Positions 20,032 to 28,363 of a stretch of DNA of 64,000 bases are shown in pieces. Within the stretch, counting starts at the first letter, position 1. Each line of letters starts with the position of its first letter. The notes beneath the pieces are model-generated. The model made no database searches. It saw nothing but the letters and a program-made list of their open reading frames with translations, and was not told the origin of the DNA. The position numbers were made by a program, and so were the translations under genes. Source of the stretch: an uncultured delta proteobacterium (GTDB lineage: Bacteria > Desulfobacterota > Binatia > UBA9968); the NCBI GenBank assembly GCA_963727625.1, contig CAVSHR010000004.1:1376001-1440000 (forward strand), in the 5' to 3' direction.

Positions 20032-21135
20032 TCATCGAATCGGGATGCTCGCGCCCACGCTCATGATCGAACTGAAGAATCGATAGATGCCGTAAGCGAC
20101 CAATTTGGGGCTGGAAGAGCCGACGTCGATGACATCCCCTTCGCGGATCGAGAGATCCGGTTGCGCGCCGCTTTTGATCGAGTCCAGATCGGCGACGAAG
20201 GAGGTCTTCCGTCCGCTCTTGTCGGTACGGATCACTTCCACCGATCCGGTATCGGCCGGAAACATCGGTCCTCCCGCGGCGGCCACCGCGCCCAGGACGG
20301 TGAGCCCGGAAGTGATTTTGTAGGAGCCCGGCTTTTCGACCCAACCCTGCACCAGCACCTCGCCGCCGCCGGGAACCATGATGATATCGCCGGCGCGCGC
20401 CGGCATTTGCAAAAAACGCTCGTTGTTGCTGCGATGGATGCTGTCGAGGCTGATCACGATCGGCTCGACGTTCTTCAAAATAAGCGGCGCGGGATCTTGC
20501 CGGACGACTTGCGACGGCATGGATTGCACGACTTTTTTCGCCTGATCGGAATCCGCCGGCTCGGCGGGGACAAACAGCAGGCGCTCGGCCGCCTCCGGCT
20601 TCATGCCGCCCGCTTGGGAGATCATATTCAAAAGCGTGTCCGAATAACTCGCGAGATTATAGAGTCCGGGTTTCTGCACGGCGCCGATCACCGCCACCTG
20701 CCGGCTGCGAAATTCTTTGACGAACAAATTCACTTGCGGATTACGCATGTAATTTTCTTCGAGGCGACGGCGAATTTCGTCCCTTAACGCTCTCTCTGTC
20801 ATGCCGTCAACTTTGATGACGCCGACAAAGGGTAGCGTAATCGTGCCGTCGCCATTGACCCGTTCCGACATGTTTTTGATTTCATCCATGCCGGGAATGT
20901 TCAGCTCGATCACGTCGCCGGGCCCGATCGGATAGTCGCTGCCACCGCCTTTTTGTTGACGCCGCTCCCAGATCGCGTTGAGGCGCTGAACATCATTGCT
21001 CTGCTGGGTGCTCTCATGGGCGACCGCGCTGGCGGTCGACAGCTTCTCGCCGCCGGTCTCCGCAGGTTGGGTCGCAACAGGGGCGCAACCGGCGGCAACA
21101 ATCAGAATTCCACACCAACCAAGACATAGTTTCAT
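20032..21135 (-). CDS. wza: Polysaccharide export lipoprotein Wza (Poly_export + SLBB)
   Basis: Lipobox AAGC; YPIGPGDVI, DGTITLPFVG and VIGAVQKPG motifs. Confidence 0.9.
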   Translation of the reverse strand: MKLCLGWCGILIVAAGCAPVATQPAETGGEKLSTASAVAHESTQQSNDVQRLNAIWERRQQKGGGSDYPIGPGDVIELNIPGMDEIKNMSERVNGDGTITLPFVGVIKVDGMTERALRDEIRRRLEENYMRNPQVNLFVKEFRSRQVAVIGAVQKPGLYNLASYSDTLLNMISQAGGMKPEAAERLLFVPAEPADSDQAKKVVQSMPSQVVRQDPAPLILKNVEPIVISLDSIHRSNNERFLQMPARAGDIIMVPGGGEVLVQGWVEKPGSYKITSGLTVLGAVAAAGGPMFPADTGSVEVIRTDKSGRKTSFVADLDSIKSGAQPDLSIREGDVIDVGSSSPKLVAYGIYRFFSSIMSVGASIPIR

Positions 21136-21271
21136 GGTCGCAACCTCAGGTTCGATCAGTCCATCGAAGTCACCGCACGCATCGGGACAATCCATTCGCT
21201 ACCGGCCTTGTAGGTTCGAAATACCAGAGTGACCTCCCATCGTTCACCGGGCCAACTCGCTCCTGGTCTAT

Positions 21272-21286
21272 GCAAACTGTCTGCCG
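21272..21286 (-). promoter_or_regulatory. Putative sigma54 (-24/-12) promoter of the wza operon
   Basis: Minus strand CGGCAGACAGTTTGC has GG-N10-GC spacing, about 135 nt upstream of wza. Confidence 0.5.
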
Positions 21287-21442
21287 CGAATTTTGCAGTG
21301 CAGTTTGTCAATCATTTCCCGCCGACAACTCAATGCGGACGCGGCCGGTAGGTAAATTTCTGCCATGACCCATCCGCACAGGCGGCGCGCTTGACTGATT
21401 TTCACTGCTTCTAAGAAGCTAACGGTGCATTCCCCACGGGGG

Positions 21443-21577
21443 TCATTCGAAATGGTCATCGTCACAATCCACCTGATGTTGACGCAAGCGATCCAAAGAC
21501 CCGAAGCCTTGGCCACAGTGGCTGCACTCGTAGCAGCGAATCAATTCCGTCGTCGGGCTGGGTTCTTGTTCGTTCAT
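21443..21577 (-). CDS. 44-aa microprotein with a single C2H2/C2HC-type zinc finger
   Basis: MNEQEPSPTTELIRCYECSHCGQGFGSLDRLRQHQVDCDDDHFE fits Y-x-C-x2-C-x3-F-x5-L-x2-H-x3-C; GAGG lies upstream of the ATG. Confidence 0.65.
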   Translation of the reverse strand: MNEQEPSPTTELIRCYECSHCGQGFGSLDRLRQHQVDCDDDHFE

Positions 21578-21772
21578 CTCTAACCTCATTGTTGGATCAC
21601 GATCGACAATCCGGCTATGGGGAACACTTGCGCGCCATCTACGATACAAACCGCCGGCGAATGTTCGGCAGTGCTGGCACCACTCTAACTGTCGCGAAGG
21701 CGGATCGCCGAGCGCAACGGCAGCCGCGCTTGATTGCGTGCGAATCAAATCATCAGTTAGTCATCGACTTCA

Positions 21773-21787
21773 GCAACCGCTGTGCCA
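21773..21787 (-). promoter_or_regulatory. sigma54 promoter upstream of the zinc-finger ORF
   Basis: Minus strand TGGCACAGCGGTTGC(T) matches TGGCAC-N5-TTGC. Confidence 0.7.
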
Positions 21788-22303
21788 TCACGTTGATTTC
21801 ACTTCCACTGTTTAAATCTCAACGGTTTAACGCGCTTCGAAGAGAATACGAGATCGCAGATTTGTAGAGCATCCCCTTCACTCACGTCGGTAAATTCCCT
21901 ATTGCGAGGCGCGGACATCCATTGGCGTTGCCTTGCGTGGAGACCGCGGGTCGCTCTCACGGCAGCCCAAAATGAAGTTATTGAAAGGCGGCATCGGCAC
22001 GCCGCGCCGCTCATCGAATGGAGGGACTAAAAAGCTGATGACGCTTACGAAGACGCCCTCGTGACTCGCGCCCTGCTACAATCCGTATGGATCGTCGCGG
22101 GCAACGCCCGAGGCCGATTGGCATAAACGCGGTTCGTCACGGGATCGATTGAGATAGAGTTTCGATTGCGCGCTCTTGGGTCGAGCGCAAAAAGGAGAGC
22201 AAACACGGTGTTTAGAATCACACTCCCGCAGCGCGTGCTTTTCGATAAGCAGTGAATCGGGTGAGGCGTCGCGTTCGCGCAAATTTGATGTTGGTATTCT
22301 CTA

Positions 22304-22343
22304 TAAAAGTGCCGGGCGAGGCCGTTCTCGGCCTCGCCCTGGT
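22304..22343 (-). terminator. Rho-independent terminator
   Basis: GGGCGAGGCCG/CGGCCTCGCCC stem followed on the minus strand by ACTTTTA, just after the stop at 22353. Confidence 0.75.
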
Positions 22344-22352
22344 TAAAAATAA

Positions 22353-22739
22353 TTATCGTTTCGCCTTGCTCGGCGACCCGGCGCGATCGGCAGATGCTGC
22401 GGACTTATGCACCGAGTCCGCGACCAAATTCGCGCCCTGTTCGCGGTAGGAGATCATGACTTGATCGCCGACCTTGATGGAATCCAGCGACTTCTTGGTC
22501 ATGCCGCCTTGGACTTTCAGGTCGAGTTCCCGATCCGCGGTCTTGACCTTCAATTTACCCGTCTTTGCGTCGATGGCGGTGACTTCGCCGCTCGCCTGCT
22601 TGGCGGTTTCCTTGCTATCGATGCCATGCTCCATTTTTCCTGGAGTCGACGGCTTGGTCTGCGCGTAGCCGGCGCCGGCGCTCAGCGCCAATAGCCCCGC
22701 ACCGGCCAACGAGAACGCCGCATTTATTGTCTTTTTCAT
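22353..22739 (-). CDS. Small secreted beta-barrel (OB-fold-like) protein
   Basis: Signal peptide (..AGYA/QT), GEVTAID...IKVGDQVMISY pattern, GGAGG RBS. Confidence 0.75.
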   Translation of the reverse strand: MKKTINAAFSLAGAGLLALSAGAGYAQTKPSTPGKMEHGIDSKETAKQASGEVTAIDAKTGKLKVKTADRELDLKVQGGMTKKSLDSIKVGDQVMISYREQGANLVADSVHKSAASADRAGSPSKAKR

Positions 22740-22768
22740 AAATTCCTCCTGTCGCTTTTTTGATTATT

Positions 22769-23011
22769 CTAACTCATCAGATTGCGCTCTCTTTTTGAGT
22801 CGGCGGTTTGGCGCTCGCACCATTCATTGGCCCAGCGCTTAATTTCTCCGCTGCGGTCGCCGTATCGCTTTTGCACGACACCGAGAAACTTGTCATAGTT
22901 TCCTTCGATTTCGAGCAAGTCATTATCAGTTAGCTGTCCCCATTTCTTCTTGAGCTCGCCTTTCAATTGACGCCAGCTGCCTTTGAATTGATCTTTATTC
23001 ACCGGGTTCAC
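22769..23011 (-). CDS. CsbD/YjbJ family general stress protein
   Basis: DQFKGSWRQLKGELKKKWGQLTDNDL...GVVQKRYG; AAAGGAGG RBS. Confidence 0.9.
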   Translation of the reverse strand: MNPVNKDQFKGSWRQLKGELKKKWGQLTDNDLLEIEGNYDKFLGVVQKRYGDRSGEIKRWANEWCERQTADSKRERNLMS

Positions 23012-23206
23012 CTCCTTTCGTGTTTTTCATGATCGTTACCATCTTTGGTTCTCTCGTCTGTCGCTGTCGTTCGCGGCAGCCGTCGCGCGCTTGATAGTAC
23101 TTGCAGTCAAGGCGCCGATACTGATCGAGCCTGGTTTTATCCTTGGATCGCCGCACGGCGAAAGAATTTCGTCATGTCGCGGAAGATCTCTTGACTGGAC
23201 TGTGAC

Positions 23207-23221
23207 GCACATACGATGCCA
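23207..23221 (-). promoter_or_regulatory. Putative sigma54 promoter upstream of csbD
   Basis: Minus strand TGGCATCGTATGTGC (GG-N10-GC). Confidence 0.5.
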
Positions 23222-23578
23222 ATTTGCGCTCTGATTGCGCACCGAGAATTTTCAATGGTTTAGAGCGCGAAGCTTGGCTCGCAATGAACTGAGTTGCAGG
23301 CTGCGGTCCTACGCAACTTGTAGGCCTGCGGGGATTTACCGACATCGGCGTGCCCGGCCATTTGTGGAATAATCCGATAATCTGAATTAATGCCGATGAC
23401 AAGCAGTGGGAAATTTGCGGCACGTCCACCGTGGAGGTTTAGAAAAGCTCTGCGGATCCTCGCGGGCGGGAGGTCCCGATCTTTGTCTTCCGGATTTTGA
23501 CGGCGACGAAAAGATCGGGACCCGATGTGGACAGACAATGTCGGCGGGATTGCTGTTGGTCTGTAAAAAGGCGCGGCG

Positions 23579-23743
23579 CTAAACCGGCGGCCGGCGCCCC
23601 ATGACGAGGCCAACCAGGAATAGAATCAAAAACACGACGAACAAGATCCAGGCAATCTGGGTTGCCGCGCCAGCAATACCACTCAGCCCCAAAACCCCGG
23701 CGATCAGAGCAATTACCAAAAATGTCACAGCCCAATTCAACAT
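23579..23743 (-). CDS. DUF1328 (UPF0391/YtjA) small membrane protein, 54 aa
   Basis: Below the ORF-track cutoff. [54 protein letters not shown] with an AAAGGAGG RBS. Confidence 0.9.
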   Translation of the reverse strand: MLNWAVTFLVIALIAGVLGLSGIAGAATQIAWILFVVFLILFLVGLVMGRRPPV

Positions 23744-23821
23744 CGGTGCGCCCTCCTTTCTGCGAACAAAAGGTTCGCTTGATTACAAAACTTCGGCCTG
23801 CTTTTTTTTGCCATCCCCCCG

Positions 23822-23959
23822 CTACATTCGCACTAACCCCAGGATACCGGTGACGATGAGATAGATTGCCACGATATAGTTAAGCAATCTGGGAATCATC
23901 AGGATCAGGATCCCTGCGATCAGCGCCACCAACGGCTGCAATGCGACGTAGATTTGCAT
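23822..23959 (-). CDS. DUF3096 small membrane protein, 45 aa
   Basis: QPLVALIAGILILMIPRLLNYIVAIYLIVTGILGL; GGAGG RBS. Confidence 0.85.
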   Translation of the reverse strand: MQIYVALQPLVALIAGILILMIPRLLNYIVAIYLIVTGILGLVRM

Positions 23960-24010
23960 GTGATCGTCCTCCAATCTTCGTTCATGGCCCGATGCCCGGG
24001 CTCTCAAGCG

Positions 24011-24559
24011 TCAGCGGAGATATGGGCTCGCCGCTTTCCCTGAGGCCGTCCCATCGTCGAGCAGTTCGATTTCGACTCGGGTCGTACCGTGATCGATCAT
24101 GCCCAAGGCCTGCGCGGCGGCTTGGGAGAGATCGATGATCCGGCCTTCGATATAGGGACCGCGGTCATTGATTTCGACTTCAACGGATTTTCTATTGCTG
24201 AGGTTGGTCACTCTCGCCTTGCTACCCAGCGGCAGCGTCTTGTGCGCAGCGGTGAGTTTCTTCGAATCGAAAATGTCCCCGCTAGCGGTTTTTTTGCCGC
24301 TGAATCCCGGGCCATACCAGGAAGCCTCTCCGACCTTTCGCAATCGGAAACGCGAGAGCTCACGGCGCAGATCAATTCCTTCGGTCATACCGTTACCGAC
24401 GCTTTCACCGGCTTCCCCGGGTGTTGCTCGGCCGATGGTTTCTCTCTCCTCTGGACCGTTGAGCGAATCTTCCCAACGGTCCGCAATGGCCGCACATCCG
24501 ACAACGATCGACGCGCATAGAAGGCAGAACAAAATCCACGAGGCTGGCTCGATTTTCAT
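24011..24559 (-). CDS. rlpA: RlpA-like (DPBB) lytic transglycosylase lipoprotein
   Basis: GEASWYG, TAAHKTLPLG and INDRGPY..GRIIDLS motifs; lipobox VVGC; start uncertain. Confidence 0.85.
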   Translation of the reverse strand: MKIEPASWILFCLLCASIVVGCAAIADRWEDSLNGPEERETIGRATPGEAGESVGNGMTEGIDLRRELSRFRLRKVGEASWYGPGFSGKKTASGDIFDSKKLTAAHKTLPLGSKARVTNLSNRKSVEVEINDRGPYIEGRIIDLSQAAAQALGMIDHGTTRVEIELLDDGTASGKAASPYLR

Positions 24560-24729
24560 TCCGAGCGACATGATCAACACCAATGGCTTTCGCCGATGCG
24601 TTAAAATTTTCTTGCTGCTCGGCTTATCGCGTCGGACGACTCCGTCACTCAACAGTTGAACACTTTAAATAAATCAGCACTCCCACCGCACGCCTGTCCG
24701 CTATCCGAGAACTTGAACGAAACGCTAGA

Positions 24730-24744
24730 GCAACGCTCATACCA
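24730..24744 (-). promoter_or_regulatory. sigma54 promoter for rlpA-DUF3096-DUF1328
   Basis: Minus strand TGGTATGAGCGTTGC(T). Confidence 0.6.
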
Positions 24745-25133
24745 TCACGATGGCAATCTTGGTTTCTCCAGGTAAAGCAGCGGCTTAATCACCGTGTCAC
24801 GGTATTATTTTGGCTTGAAGTGTCAGGACTTTTCCTGCATGCCGTTCGGCTGTCGCGATTTTCGACGTGATTGCGCGATATCTGCGTGACTGCACAAGGC
24901 GATAGCGACGATGTTGCCGCGAGTTGCTCTGAACAAATGCTTGAGTTGCCGAGCAGTCAGATTGCGAATCCAGCGACGGATTTCTTCGGCGCGAGGAGCT
25001 GCTGAAGGGAAACGTCCGAGGTGTCAGTCGTTTTCCTACTCGCACGCCGGTCAAAACACCAACAAACATTTTTGCGCAAATGAGCGCGCGAGCTAAGCTG
25101 TTTAAAAGCAAAGACATCCCTTTCGATGAAAAC

Positions 25134-25148
25134 TGGCACGGCGTTTGT
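25134..25148 (+). promoter_or_regulatory. Putative sigma54 promoter of the divergent lipoprotein/BON/YtxH unit
   Basis: TGGCACGGCGTTTGT has a perfect -24 element; the -12 element is TTGT rather than TTGC. Confidence 0.55.
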
Positions 25149-25246
25149 ACACCTACTTCAACAGATCATTGTTGACGGAAACGTCGTGGAAATGTCCGTC
25201 GTACCTGTGATTTGATCAGCAATAACATTTGGCAGGAGGGTACAAT

Positions 25247-25471
25247 ATGAAAAAACTTCTATTGTTAGCGATGCTGGCGGCTTTCAGCCAGTGGGGCTGC
25301 GAGTTTCTCGGTGGAGCGGCGGTGGGCAGTCTCGCCACCGGCGCCGGCTATGAAATCAACGCCAAGCGGCAAATGGACCGGCTCGAGGATGATTACCGCA
25401 AGGAGCGGATCTCGCGGCGTGAGTACGAAGCTCGCAAAGCCCAGATCGAACGCGGCTCGATCATCTATTGA
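25247..25471 (+). CDS. Small lipoprotein with a glycine-zipper-like segment and SHOCT-like C-terminus
   Basis: MKKLLLLAMLAAFSQWGC signal and ISRREYEARKAQI; AGGAGG RBS. Confidence 0.75.
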   Translation: MKKLLLLAMLAAFSQWGCEFLGGAAVGSLATGAGYEINAKRQMDRLEDDYRKERISRREYEARKAQIERGSIIY

Positions 25472-25539
25472 TCTTGGCGCAACCGGCCCCCAATTAAGCA
25501 CGACTGTTGGCAATTTCAAGTTTTTCGGAGGAGAGCCTT

Positions 25540-25863
25540 ATGAAGACGACCATTTTGAAACCTGTTGTTCTATCCATTGCGATAGCTTTGCTTCTGTCCG
25601 CAGCCGGATGCACTTCCCTGACCGGACAGTCGGCCGGTCAGTATGTCGATGACACGACGATCACAGCTTCGGTGAAGGCCAAGTTGGTTGCGGATAAAGC
25701 CGCGAATCTCACTCGTGTCGACGTCGAGACCACCAACAAAGTGGTTTCGCTGAATGGCGTCGTACAATCGCCGGACCAAAAACTGCGCGCTGAGCAATTG
25801 GCGATGCAAGTCGCGGGCGTGCAACGAGTCGATAATAATTTGCAGATCCAGCACCAAAATTAG
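25540..25863 (+). CDS. BON-domain lipoprotein (OsmY-like)
   Basis: Lipobox AAGC; VDDTTITASVKAKL..VDVETTNKVVSLNGVV..VAGVQRVDNNL. Confidence 0.9.
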   Translation: MKTTILKPVVLSIAIALLLSAAGCTSLTGQSAGQYVDDTTITASVKAKLVADKAANLTRVDVETTNKVVSLNGVVQSPDQKLRAEQLAMQVAGVQRVDNNLQIQHQN

Positions 25864-25917
25864 AACGGCTTGATGCTTGCTGGCATCGGTTTTTACGGAA
25901 CGAAAGAGATCAATGGC

Positions 25918-26202
25918 ATGAAAACTAACGAGGAAGAAAGTTTGGGGCTGTTGCTGGTTGGATTTGCCCTGGGGTTGGTGGCCGGAGTGCTATGGGCGCC
26001 TCCTTCAGGCCGGGATACGCGGCGCGAGTTGCGCCGTGTATCCCGGGACAAGTTAAGCTACCTGATTGATGAGGCCGAGCGACTCCGTGATGGCACCGAT
26101 CATCTGGCCGACAGCTCGAGGAAATGGCTTGCTCGCCTGACGACTTCAAGCCACCCTGCGAAAACGGCAGCAGAGCTCGGTTCCAGGGAATGGAATGTAT
26201 GA
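25918..26202 (+). CDS. YtxH-domain protein
   Basis: LLVGFALGLVAGVLWAPPSGRDTRREL motif. Confidence 0.8.
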   Translation: MKTNEEESLGLLLVGFALGLVAGVLWAPPSGRDTRRELRRVSRDKLSYLIDEAERLRDGTDHLADSSRKWLARLTTSSHPAKTAAELGSREWNV

Positions 26203-26287
26203 GCCATGGACGGCGCCGCTGCCGGCGCTTTTGACTTGGCGACGGCACGATTACACTGCGATTAACCCGTCGTCGAGTTAAACGTCG

Positions 26288-26437
26288 GTGCTGATATCCA
26301 TACTAGGGCTGCTTTTGGTCGTCTGGCTGTTTGCCGTAATAGCCGGGTATCTGCTTGGCGGATTGATCCATTTGCTTTTGCTCCTTGCATTGATCGTTTT
26401 GTTTATCGATGTTTTGGAACGACGCAAGTTTTTTTGA
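26288..26437 (+). CDS. lmo0937/DUF5670-like small membrane protein, 49 aa
   Basis: Below the ORF-track cutoff. MLISILGLLLVVWLFAVIAGYLLGGLIHLLLLLALIVLFIDVLERRKFF carries the GGLIHLLL motif. Confidence 0.7.
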   Translation: MLISILGLLLVVWLFAVIAGYLLGGLIHLLLLLALIVLFIDVLERRKFF

Positions 26438-26459
26438 CGCGAAGCAAAGGGAGTAAGCT

Positions 26460-26681
26460 ATGAAACCATTGATATTAGGTGGAATCGGATTGATCCTGCT
26501 CGGTATCATCGCGCTGTCCTACAACCGAATCACCTACACGACCGAAGAGAAAATCGCCGAAATCGGTCCGCTCAAAGCGACCGCCGAGAAGGAAAAGACA
26601 ATCTCGCTTCCACCCCTGTTGGGCGGCTTGGCATTAGTAGCTGGAGTCGGACTGATCGCGGTCGGATATAAGAAACCGTGA
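26460..26681 (+). CDS. DUF3185-like two-TM small protein
   Basis: GIGLILLGIIALSY..ITYTTEEKIAEIGPLKATAEKEKTISLPPLLGGLALVAG. Confidence 0.75.
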   Translation: MKPLILGGIGLILLGIIALSYNRITYTTEEKIAEIGPLKATAEKEKTISLPPLLGGLALVAGVGLIAVGYKKP

Positions 26682-27181
26682 CTCAGTTCAACCGGCTCCC
26701 TATGATGTTTTAATGGTCAATCGTGCGGATCTTTTGCAAGTACCCATAACCGCTGGCAAGTAAATCCGAAGTGTCCTAAGAGTTATCTAGTGTAGACTGT
26801 TGGATCTGTTTCGGTTGCTACCAGAGCGACCAAAACGCGGCTTAGCGTATAGCGTTTTATCCCTCAAAGCTGAATAGCGATCAAGTCGCGGCGATAGCGC
26901 CGAAGTTACGCCAAGGGGATAAAACGTGTTGGACTAAACTGCGGAGCAGCGCCCAAGTTGCGGCTATGGGGATTTTAATGAGGCAGAGGCGTCACGGCGC
27001 CAGGTTCTGGATGATACGAGGGCATCATCGCAATGGCGATGGGGTGTTGCAAAATTCCAACGTTGGAGATGGCCCGCTGGAAACAGAGCGTTGCGTATCG
27101 TTTTTCGCGTTTGCGGATACACCCGTCCATGCGACTGGCGAGGTCCAGAGACAAACCAGATGAAACTCGACGAAGCTTTGT

Positions 27182-28351
27182 TCATGAAGAATCCCAATAA
27201 CGCAGGTTGGGCGTCGCCGGCAGTTCGCCGACGGTGATCATGATTCCCTCATGGCAGCACGGGCAGCGCGAAAGATCGACGCCGGTGATCTTAAGCAGCA
27301 AGTCTTTGGCTGAAAGAACGGGGGATTGCGGCAACGCCGGATCGATTTCGAGCAGTTTACGGCACTGAGCCAGCACCTGTTTTTTGGATCGGTTAGCCAG
27401 AATGCCGAAGTGACGGATGCGCATGAAACCATCGGGCAGGACGTGGAGCAGGAAGCGGCGGATAAACTCTTGGGCCTCCAAGGTTATCGTTTTCTTGCGA
27501 TCGCCGTCTTTGCGATCCCGGTAGTTCAGAGTGACCTGGCCCTGATCGGTAGCGAGAATCCGATCGTTGGAGAGCGCTACCCGGTGGGTGTAGCGGCCCA
27601 GATAGTCGAGCACGGATTGTGGAGAGCCGAACGGCTTTTTGGCGTAGACGACCCAGTCCCTGTGGTACGGGAGCTGGATATGGTTGTCGAGGGGATCAAT
27701 TTTTCCTCGTCGACGAGCCCGTCCTAACAGGTCTAAGAACTTACCCCGAAACACCCGGCTCAGGGCCTTGACCGGAAACAGAAAGTTCTTACGTGCCGCG
27801 ATCCAACGATTTCGATCGATAGACAGAGCGCCAGCGGGAACCAGACAGTGCAGATGAAAATGATCCTTGAGGGTTTGGTCCCAGGTGTGCAGAACAGCAA
27901 TGACCCCCAGAGTTCCACCCAGACGGCTTTTACCGAAATCCAGCAACGTTTCGCTGACCGCTTTGAACAAAAGACTCAGGACGATTTTCTTATGAGCAAG
28001 AATCAGCCGGTTAAATTCATGGGGCAAGGTGAAAACCAGGTGGAAGTATCCCACCGGCAAAAGCTCAGAGGTTTGCTTCTCCAACCACTGGGCTTTGGCC
28101 AGCGACTGGCACTTGGGGCAGTGGCGGTTGCGACAGGAGTTGTAAGCCGGGCGCTCAAAGCCGCAGGCATCGCAGCGATCCAAGTGGCCGCCGAGTTCTT
28201 GAGTTCGGCAGACCGTCACAGCGCGGATCACCTTGTGCTCAGCAGCCGACACCCGATGGGTTTGCTCGAAGCGCGCCCCGTACTGACGAAAGATATCGGC
28301 CAACTCGGGGCGTGTTGTTTTCTCTCCTGCCGCCAGCTTGGCCAGCGACAT
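27182..28351 (-). CDS. IS91-family (Y2 HUH) transposase
   Basis: Zinc-binding YNSCRNRHCPKC, HLVFTLP, HUH in HFHLHCLV, Y2 motif YLGRY, and RFLLHVLPDGF. Confidence 0.93.
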   Translation of the reverse strand: MSLAKLAAGEKTTRPELADIFRQYGARFEQTHRVSAAEHKVIRAVTVCRTQELGGHLDRCDACGFERPAYNSCRNRHCPKCQSLAKAQWLEKQTSELLPVGYFHLVFTLPHEFNRLILAHKKIVLSLLFKAVSETLLDFGKSRLGGTLGVIAVLHTWDQTLKDHFHLHCLVPAGALSIDRNRWIAARKNFLFPVKALSRVFRGKFLDLLGRARRRGKIDPLDNHIQLPYHRDWVVYAKKPFGSPQSVLDYLGRYTHRVALSNDRILATDQGQVTLNYRDRKDGDRKKTITLEAQEFIRRFLLHVLPDGFMRIRHFGILANRSKKQVLAQCRKLLEIDPALPQSPVLSAKDLLLKITGVDLSRCPCCHEGIMITVGELPATPNLRYWDSS

Positions 28352-28363
28352 GGCGATTCCCCG

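Noticed and set aside
26686-26934. GTTCAAC after the DUF3185 stop pairing with GTTGGAC as one attC
   Set aside because: About 250 bp apart, too long for an attC, with no continuous stem.
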